A DNA stretch of 64,000 nt, taken from NCBI RefSeq assembly GCF_009914755.1, contig NC_060927.1; one strand, 5' to 3'. Below, in pieces: positions 54,641-64,000 of the stretch. The DNA comes from the human T2T-CHM13v2.0 reference genome, Homo sapiens. The translations under genes and the position numbers were made by a program. Position 1 is the first letter of the stretch. Every line of letters starts with the position of its first letter. The notes under the pieces were generated by a model. That model saw only the letters and a list, made by a program, of their open reading frames with translations. It searched no databases and was not told the DNA's origin.

Positions 54641-56339
54641 TATCCATTATGTTAATCTGTGTTGACTCAGTTTTGCTTAAAATAATAGACTTAAATAGAT
54701 AGTAAATATACAAATCAACCTACATCAGGACTATATAAGCAATGTTCACTTTAACCTGAATATAATTTTAGTCAAGAACCCATGTATACAACTTTGTAAA
54801 TTGTTGGTCAAACAGAGAAAAGACAGCTGTGGCCCTAAGAATAAATACTTTTAATCTCTTTAATGCTTCTCAAAATGAGAGAGCCTCAAGGCTAACAAAA
54901 GGTACAACTCCTGGATGATAGTTCCAACAAATTTCGATCAAATTATATTATTAAAAACCTCAATAGACAAATAGGAGAAAATGAAAAATAAAAGAGTTCA
55001 TAAAACAGCAGCTGTGCAATTTCTTGCAAGTATTTACCCTAAAAGAAAATAAACTAATTGGATAGTGAAATCAATTGGCATATCTCTGGTTAACAATCAA
55101 GAGTAAAAGACGATTTCAAAGGCTTTTGTTTTACAGGAAAATAATTGAAAGAATGAAATATGAAAGCTTGAAGGTACAGGCCTTCTGCTTTCAGAAATGC
55201 TTCACAAAAGAACCACTCACTGAGGAGTAACTGCTGAACATAGTACACGAAATGATTGAGACAGGAATTCTGGTGGCACAGGAGAAATATAGCTCCTGTG
55301 TTTTTTGGAGTTTGTGAACAGAGATGTCCTGGATATCTTAGTTGAGAAGAGGAAGAATTAGAACCATGGAGCTGGACTACCCCATCTCCTAAAGGATTGC
55401 TGTTTATTCCTATTTTAATATATTACAAAGAAAAGGGGATAGTAAGTATCTAAGAAACATAGTTAAAGAAAATAAAGACACATCAGAAAAAAATGGCCAA
55501 AAATTGTGGAACACTATACTATAATATTTAATGAATGAGCTGAAGGAAATCAAGAAAATGCTAGAGTCTAGACTAGAGCAACGAAAACTAGAATTGTAAA
55601 AGCTCATGAGTTGTTTAGACAAAAGAGATACAATAGAAAGAGATCCTTCAGTTCTCAGAAAATACACAGAAATAATATTTTTAAAAAATAAAAATAGGAA
55701 GATTAAACTAAAAAGACAATAAGAGCAATGGACACCCAGAAAACATTGTGATATAATGTCTTCTTAATAATGTTTTGAGTAAAGATGTTTGTTTTCAGCA
55801 ACATCTACCAAAGCAATTAAAAATATATGCAAGTTATCATGCCAAGCAAAGCAAAATATTTCATCTAATAAAATGTACCATTTTACTGATAATAGCTGAT
55901 AAATGAAGGTCCTATAATCAAGCCACAGCTTGATGACAAATAATTTTTTGAGATAACTTTGTAAGAACAATGTAATGAATGTTTCAGGACTGCCAATCCA
56001 GAGTGTGATAGAAGAAACATTACAGTCAAATAATCAAAGACCCAGAAATTATTCTTTTTGCCAGTGAATTCTTTCTTTCCTTTGAGCAGGAAACATAAGA
56101 TTCCAGACAAGGCAATGCTGGATGTAGCAATTTCACTGCAATAATCCAGTCTGTTCTTAGCAATATGTTCTAATAAAGAGCTTTCACTTTTGCAAAGAAT
56201 CTACTAAGACATTAGCGTCAAGTTATATGGAAATTCATCAGAACCAGACTAAGGTAAATTATTTCTGTTTTCAATGTTCCAAGCCCCCAAAATAGTAATA
56301 TAAACTCATAAAATCCCTAATATATATTGATAATTTATC

Positions 56340-58075
56340 ATACACCTTTCTGCAATGCATGTTCTTGGCACTTTTGTTGAAAATATGTTCACTGTAGGTG
56401 TATGGATTAATTTCTGAGATTTCTGTTCTGTTCCATTGGTCTCTGTATCTATTTTTATGCTAGTAACACTCTATTTTTGTTCCTATAGCTCTGTTATATA
56501 ATTTGAAGTCAGGTAATGTTATTCCTTTGTTTTGTTCTTTTTGCTTAATATGTCTTTTGATATTCTGGGTCTTTTGTGGTTCCATATAAATTTTAGGATT
56601 TTTTTTTCTATTTTTGTGAAGAAAGTCATTGATTGGTATTTTGATAGGGGTTGCATTGAGTCTGTAGATTGCTTTGGATACTATGGACATTTTAACAATA
56701 TCGATGTTTTAAATTCATCAACACAGAATAGTGTTCTTTTTTGGGGTCCTCTTCAATTTCTTGCATCAGTGATTTATACTTTGTAGAGATTTTTCACTTC
56801 TTTAAGTTTATTTCTAGATATTTTATTTTATTTGTAGCTATAGTAAATTGGATTACTTTCTTGGTTTCTTTTTTGTTTCTGGTTTGCATAGAGAAATGCT
56901 ACTGATTTTTTGTGTGTTGGCTTTGTATCAGCAACTTTACTGAATTTATCAGTTCAGTAGTTTTTTCAGTGGACTCTTTAGGCCTTTCCAAATATAGATC
57001 ATATCACCTGCAAGCAAGGATAATTTGAGTTCTTCCTTTCCAACTTGGATGCCATGTATGTCTTTCTCTTGTCTTATTGCTCTAGCTAGAACTCCCAGTA
57101 CTACATTGAGTAACAGTGGTAAAAGTGGTAATCCTTGTCTTGTTACAGATCTTATAGGAAAGGCTTTCAGGTTTTTCCCATTCAGTATGCTATTAGCTCT
57201 GAGTCTGCCATAAATGCTTTTATTGTGTTGGTATAAGCTCCTTCTATAACCAGTTTTTTAAACGTTCTTATTGTGAAAGGATATTGAATTTTATCAAGTG
57301 CTTTTCAGCATCAATAGAAATGATCATATGATTCTTGTCCTTCATTCTGTTGATATAATGTATCATGTTTATTGATTTACTTATGTTGAACCATCCTTAC
57401 ATCCTTGAGATAAATACCACTTAGTCATAAGGAATTATCTTATGTTTTTCTTCTTTTTGAGACAGGGTCTTGCTTTGTTATCGAGGCTGTAGTGCTGCAA
57501 TGGCAAGATCACAGCTCTCAGGCCCAAGCAATACTCCCACCTCAGCTTCCTGAGTAGCTGTGACTACAAGCAGGCACCAACATCCCTAGCTATTTTATTT
57601 TCAATTTTGGAGAAATAGTGTCTCCCTACTTTTCCCAGGCTGGTCTCAAACTCCTCAGTTCAAGTAATCCTTCTGCCTCAACCTCCCTAAGTGCTGGAAT
57701 TTCGGAAGTGAGCTACTGAACCTGGCCTTGAATGGTATTTTTATTGTGTTGTTGAATTTGGTTTGCTATTATTTTGTTGAGAATTTGGCGTCAATGTTCA
57801 TCAGGAATATTGGCTTGTAGTTTTCTTTTTTAAATATGTCTTTGTCTGGTTTTGGTATCAATATAATACTACCCTTATAAATGAGTTTGAAAGTATTCTC
57901 TCTTCCTCAAATATTTTGAGTAAGAGTGGTATTAGCTCTTCTTTAAGTATTTGGTATAATTCAGCAATAAAGCCATCAGGTCCTGGGCTTTCCTTTGCTG
58001 GGAGACTTTTTATTACAGCTTTGATCTCATTGATTGTTATTGGTCTATTCAGGTTTTGAACTTCTTCATAGTTTA
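56340..58075 (-). mobile_element. L1MA/PB-like ORF2 fragment (RT to post-RT)
   Basis: Minus-strand peptide [19 protein letters not shown]...[14 protein letters not shown]. Confidence 0.85.
57445..57727 (-). mobile_element. AluJ
   Basis: gagacagggtcttgct...cccacctcagcttcc...caagtaatccttctgcctc are J-type diagnostics; diverged. Confidence 0.85.
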
Positions 58076-59643
58076 ATGCTATTCCTATCAGCCTAGCAAT
58101 GACATGTCTCTCAGAATTTGAAAAATATTCTCAAATTCATGTTTAACAAAAATAGCTCAAATAGCCAAAGCCATCTAAGCAAAAAGAACAAAGTTGAAGG
58201 CATGACACTACCCAACTTCAAACTATATTGCAAGGCTACAATTACCAAAATAGCATGGTATTGGTGTAAAAAGGGATACCCCAATGGAACAAGTTAGAGA
58301 ACCCAGAAAGAAAGCTGTGTACCTACAACAATCTGACCCTCAAGAAAGCCAATAAAAACAAGCTGTGAGAAAATGACTTCCTAGTCAATAAATGGTGCTG
58401 GTATAACTGGCTAGTTTTATGCAGAAGATTAAAACTGGGTTCTTTCTTTTCACTATAGAGAAAAATGAACTCAAGATGAATTATAAACTTTAATGTAAAA
58501 GCTAAAACTGTAAAAACTCTAGTAGAAAACATAGGAAATACCATCCAGAATGTAGGGCTTTGCAAAAATTTCATGATAAAGTCTCCAAAAAGCAATTGCA
58601 ACCACAACAAAAATCACTGAGTGGGACCTAAAGAGCTTCTTCACAACCAAAGAAACTATCAACTGTGTAAACAGACAACCTATGAAATGGAAGAAAACAT
58701 TTGCAAACTATGCATCTGACAAAGGTATAGTATCTATACTCCATTAGGAACTTAAAAAAATTAACAAGCCATAAATAAACTATCCTATTAAGAAATGAAC
58801 AAAACCCATGAGCAGACACTATTTTAAAGAATACATACACATAGCAAAGAAGCATATAAAAAAATGATCAAAATCACTAATCGTTAGGTGCAAATCAAAA
58901 CCACAGTAAGATACCATCTCACAACAGAGTGGCTATTATTAAAAACTCAAAAAAATAACAGATGTTGGCAAGGTTGCAGAGAAAAGGAAATGCTTATATG
59001 CTGCTGGTGTGAATGTAAATTAGTTCAGTCCCTGAGGAAAGTAGTTTGGAGCTTTCTCAAAGAACTTAAAATAGAACTAGAACTACCATTTGATCCAGCA
59101 ATCCAATTACTAAGTGTATAATGAAAGAAATAGAAATTATTCTACCATGAAGACACATGCATGCACATTTTCATTATAGCACTATTTATAATAACAAAAG
59201 CATGGAATCAACATAGCTGCCCATCAGTGGTTGACTGGATAAATAAAATGTGGTACAAATACATCATGGAATACTATGCAGCCATAAAAAAGAACAAAAT
59301 TATATCATTTGCAGCAACGTGGTCAGAGCTGGAGAGGCCATTATCCTAAGTGAATTAATGTAGGAATAGGAAACCAAATATCACATGTTCTCACTTATAA
59401 GTGGGAGCTAAACACTGAGTATACATGTACACAAAGACAGGAATAATAGACCCCAGATCCTACTTGGGGATGGAGGGTAAGAAGGGTGTAAGAATTGAAA
59501 AACTACCTATCGGGTACTGGGCTCATTACTTGTGTGATAAAATAATCCGTACACAAAACCCCTGCAACATGCACTTTATCCATATAATAAATCTGCACAT
59601 GTACCCTGCTGTACCTAAAATAAAAGTTGGAAAGAAAAAAAAA
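58076..59643 (+). mobile_element. 5'-truncated L1PA15/16-like element
   Basis: ORF2 C-terminus (NNRCWQGCREKEMLICCWCECKLVQ), 3' UTR and A tail at ~59634-59643. Confidence 0.88.
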
Positions 59644-61216
59644 TAGTAGAGGTAAAAAAAGAAATGATTTTGCTCTTTCACATATGTTGTCATATTTTGT
59701 TTTTCCATTTTCATTTGTCTTAAGAAATTTGTTTAATTTTCCTTTTAATTTTTTCATTGACATACTGGTTTTTCAGGAGCATGTTTAATTTCCATGTATT
59801 TGCAAATTTTCTGAATGTATCCTGTTATTGATATCTAATTTTATCTCATTATTATCAGAAAATATACTTGATACAATTTTAATCTTCTTAAATTTGTTAA
59901 GAGTTTTTCTGTGGGCTAACATATGCCCTGTCCTGGAGAATGTTCCATGTGTCAATGAGAAAAATGTGTATTCTACAGCTATGGATAGAATATTCTGTAT
60001 ATCTCTGTTAGGAACATTTAGTATAAAATGTACTTTAAGCCTAACTTTTTTTGTTTTGTTTTGTTTTGTTTTCTGTTTCAAGGAACTGTACATTGCTAAA
60101 AGTGGGGATGTTAAAGTTTCATATTGATATTGTCTCATATTCTATTCTTCCCTTCCAATGTATTAATATTTACTTTATATATTTAAGTACTCCAATGTTG
60201 GATGCATATATATTTACAATTGTTACATCAGCTTGCTGAATTGATTACTTTTTCATTCTATAATGACTTTTTTCTTTTTTTACAGTTTTTAACTTAAAGT
60301 CTATTTTATTTAATATAAGTATGGCTGTTCCTGGATTATTTTGTTTTCCATTTATGTGTGATATCTTTTTTCATCCTTTCATTTTCAATTTATCTGTTTC
60401 CTTACAAGTGAAATCAGTATCTTGTAGACAGTATATATCTGGGTCTTTTTTTTTTTGTATATCTGTGTCTTTTCATTGGGTAATTTTAATCCATTTACAT
60501 TCCAGGTAATTATTGATGGGTAAGCACTTACTACTATCGTTTTGTAAATTGTTTTTTAGTTGTTGTTTTAATATCCTCTGTTCCTTTTTTCCTGTCTTGC
60601 TGTCTTCCTTTACAGCTAAGTGATATTCTCTTTTGCGATGTTTTGATTCTTTGCTTTTATTTTTTGTGTAGGTACTGTAGATTTTTGCTTTGTGTTGATT
60701 CTGAAATGTATTAAATAAATCTTATAGTTATAATAGGTTATTTTAAGCTGATGACAACTTAACTTTGATTGAAAAAAAGAAACTAAAACAAAGCAGGAAC
60801 AAAAATACTCTACAAATTTACTCTACTTCCCTTCTCACATTTAAAATTTTTAGTGTCATAATTTAATTCTTTTGTATTGCATATTCCTCAACAAATAATT
60901 TTAGCTATTAGTATTTTAGTAGCTTTGTCTTTTAAACTTTATACCAATATATCATAATTTACACACCTTTATCACTTTGTTAGCATATTGTAAATTTGAT
61001 TGTGCACTTAGTTTTACCAGTGAATTTTATACAGACGTTGTTGTGTTACTCATTAGTGTCATTTTCTTTCAGCCTGAAGAACTCCCTTTAACACTTCTTA
61101 TATGATACATCTGGTGGTGATAATTTTTTAGCTTGTCTTGGTCTAGGAAAGTTTTTATCTCTTCTTTAGCTCTGAAGGACTATTTTTCTAGGAACAGTAT
61201 TCTTGGTTGACAGGTA

Positions 61217-61217
<1 letters not shown>

Positions 61218-61251
<34 letters not shown>
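61218..61251. repeat. (TG)n microsatellite
   Basis: Seen directly. Confidence 0.95.
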
Positions 61252-61254
<3 letters not shown>

Positions 61255-61420
61255 CCTCCAGCCCTTTGAATATATCTTCCCACTCTCTCCTGGAGTATAA
61301 GGTTTCTGCTGAAAGGTCTGCTACCAGCCATATTGAAACTCTCTTATATATTATTTGTTTATTTTCTCTTGCTGCTTTCAAGATTCCCCTTTGTTTTTGA
61401 TCTTTGAAAATCTGATTATA

Positions 61421-61649
61421 TGGGTTAAATACCTTTAATTCAAAAATCTAAAATGCAAAATTTTAAAACATTTAAAACTTGTTGTGTGCTGAGATGTTGC
61501 TCAAAGAAAATGCTCATCAGAGCATTTTAGATTTTGAATTTTTAGGTTATCAATGCTCAACCAGTATGTTATCTACAAATATTTCTGAAAAATGAGAAAT
61601 GCAAAACATTTCTGGCCCCAATTATTTTGAACAAAGAATATGCAACCTG
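61421..61649 (+). mobile_element. Tigger4a/MER46-like MITE
   Basis: gctcaaagaaaatgctcatcagagcatttt...atgctcaacc...caacctg, flanked by TA. Confidence 0.75.
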
Positions 61650-63704
61650 TAATATATGTAGAGCTAATCCCCCTTGAAGTGAATTAGATTGGATACCACT
61701 GACCTTCATCTACTTCTATATTTAGATCTTCAGGTTTGGAAAATTTTCTGCTACTATTTTCAAACAAGTTTCTTCTTCTTTACCTCTTTTCCTTCTTTAA
61801 TTCTTATAAGAAAAATATTTGCTCCTTTGATGCTGTCCCATGAGTCCTATAAGCTTTTTTCACTTTTGACATTCTTTTGTTCTTTATTCTCCTCTGACTT
61901 TACATTTTAAGATAAATTTTGTTTGGGTTCACAGATTCTTTCTTCTGTCTGATCAATTCTGCCATTGATGCTCCTTGTTGCAGTTATATTTTTTACTGTA
62001 TTTTTTTTAGCTATAGCATTCCTATTTGATTTTTGATTTTTATAATTTTTATTTCAATCTCTCTATTAATTTTTTATTAGCCTTCACAGACTGGTTTTCT
62101 CTGGGAAAGTCCAGCAGTCAGTGTGGCACCGGGTTGCACCAGAAGCCCAGTGCAGCTCCAGCCAGCATCAGAAACCTGAAGCTGCTATGGCAGGTGAAAT
62201 GCTGAGATTAGCCAGAGTCCTAGGACTGCTGAAGACTGCTGATGACTTCCTGATGTTGAGGGCTTTCTGGAGCCCAGGGTCATTGATATTGGTCTAGTGA
62301 TGGTGCAGGCTGGAGATCAAGTTCACTATATAAGCCTGAAACCTAGGGCTTTGTGGGCTAACCTGGTGCCAGGGAAGGTCCATAGTCTCAGTCCATGAAT
62401 ACTGGCCTGGAATGCAGGATCATGAGGATCTGCCTGGCACTGGGTTTTACTGTGGCTGGCCCAGTGTTGAGGTCCTAGGCAAAGTCCTGTTCTCACTTTC
62501 CTCTCTTTCTCCTAAATGGATAATAATTCTCTCCATGATGTCCTGCCTGGGTAGGGGTAGGGGTGATACGAATAATGTAAAACTGTTCTTTCTACCCTCT
62601 TAAATCCATATCTTCTTCTTATTGTGCTACAACCAGGCACTGTGATAGCTCCTGTGTTTTTTTTTCTGCTCTTATGAATATATTTCCACACGTGAATAGT
62701 TATTCAAATTGACTCTTCTGTAGGGTGATAATTGCTATAGAATTTAATTCACCATCCCTCACCTCTCCTCTATCTGACATATCTTTAAGGGCATGCTAAT
62801 GTGAAAAAGTCAAAGTTGAGATTATGATTTAATGTTTTATGATTTAGCATTATATATTGAATAAAATCATTACATTTTGTATAAAAATTATTAAAACATA
62901 TGCTACATTGAGTTTTATTTATTATTGTAAGTTCAATCAGATGTATAGAATCTATAATCAAGCACCACCTTCTTTTTGGGAACAGAATTAGCAGATTTTG
63001 AAGAACATAAGAAAATTAAATGTCTCACAAAAAGGAAGACCCTTGAATACCTTAGCTGATGCAAATCTTTAAAAATCAATGAAACAAATGCTGATAAATT
63101 TTTGTGTTGTTTTCACTAAATTATTTATTTAATTAAACTTGTAATATAAAATGAATGGAATTCAGGTTTAGCCGATTCACATTTGAATGTAAATTTTTGC
63201 TACTTTCTGGATTATCTCTGTCAAGATATTTAAACACTGCAATATTTACGTAACTCTTTTTTTTCCCCATAATGTCAGGAATGGAGAAAAATCAAAAATG
63301 AAAACAAAAGAGAAAATAAAACAAAAGTGCCTCCTCTGAGTAGCTCAATTTTAGAAGATGATGTAGAAGCAACAACATTGTTTTGAACTACTTTACTGAT
63401 CTGTAACTATGCACAGTTCTGAGAAGAGCCATCATCTAATAAAATTATGCATGATGAAATTTGATACACAATGCACTCATAAAAATATTAAGAGATTGAG
63501 GCTCCAATTTAGTGATAAAAATGTAAACAATCTTATTATAATTTAGTATATTTTATTTGAGAAATAAGCATGTAGTGGGGCACATGTAACTACTTGGAAA
63601 AACTGTCCCACTGGTCAGAATTTACCATGAAATTTTATGTTGCCAATTATGTTAGTATGTATGAATTACATTGCGGACAGGGAAGAAAGACAAAGGAAAA
63701 CCAT

Positions 63705-64000
63705 TATGATGGTTAACATTGAATGTCAACTTGATTGGAATGAAGGATGCAAAGCATTTTTGCTGGGTGTGTCTGTAAGGGTGTTGCTAAAGGAGATTAA
63801 CATTTGAGTCAGTGGACTGGGAAAGGCAGACCCATTCTCAATCTGGGTGGGCACAATCTAATCAGCTGCCAGCATGGCCAGAATAAAAGCAGGCAGAAGA
63901 ACATGGAAACACTAGATTGCTTTAGTCTTCTGGCCTACATCTTTCTCCCATGCTGAATGCTTCCTGCCTTTGAATATCAGGCTCCAAGTTCTTCAGCTTT
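63705..64000 (+). mobile_element. MLT2A1/MLT2A2 (HERV-L) LTR, running off the window
   Basis: tatgatggttaacattgaatgtcaacttgattgg...aaaggagattaacatttgagtcagtggactggg...caatctgggtgggcac. Confidence 0.9.

Larger units (their letters stand above)
59665..62770 (-). mobile_element. 5' half of an old L1 (endonuclease, ORF1, 5' UTR); probably the same element as 56340-58075
   Basis: EN peptide EYTFFSLTHGTFSRTGHMLAH...IFSDNNEIKLDIN, ORF1 peptide KAARENKQIIYKR...ADLSAETL, and a GC-richer 5' UTR at 62090-62770. Confidence 0.85.

Noticed and set aside
56340-59643. Opposed L1 segments as a twin-priming inversion
   Set aside because: The segments overlap by ~300 nt of ORF2, look like different subfamilies and share no flanking TSD.

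Overview
This is primate (human-like) AT-rich, repeat-dense genomic DNA. I see no recognisable cellular protein-coding exon, RNA gene or CpG island, and most of the window is transposable-element sequence. Landmarks: (1) a complete 5.7-kb minus-strand HERV-H provirus (2186-7881) with two LTR7s, a 5-bp TSD, a tRNA-His PBS and decayed gag/pro/pol, whose LTR/leader ORF resembles the ESRG ORF; (2) a complete minus-strand MER50 (HERV-FRD family) provirus (23573-30806, 4-bp TSD) carrying a decayed env collinear with syncytin-2 (ERVFRD-1), interrupted by a younger L1PA 3' fragment; (3) several old near-full-length L1s, seven Alus, MaLR/ERVL/ERV1 solo LTRs, DNA-transposon relics and simple repeats; (4) an MLT2A LTR at the right edge. 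Family names and protein comparisons come from my recollection of consensus sequences, not from searches, so subfamily calls are tentative. I found no convincing evidence of a wholly new biological system. The best leads are the syncytin-2-like env relic and the HERV-H regulatory unit.
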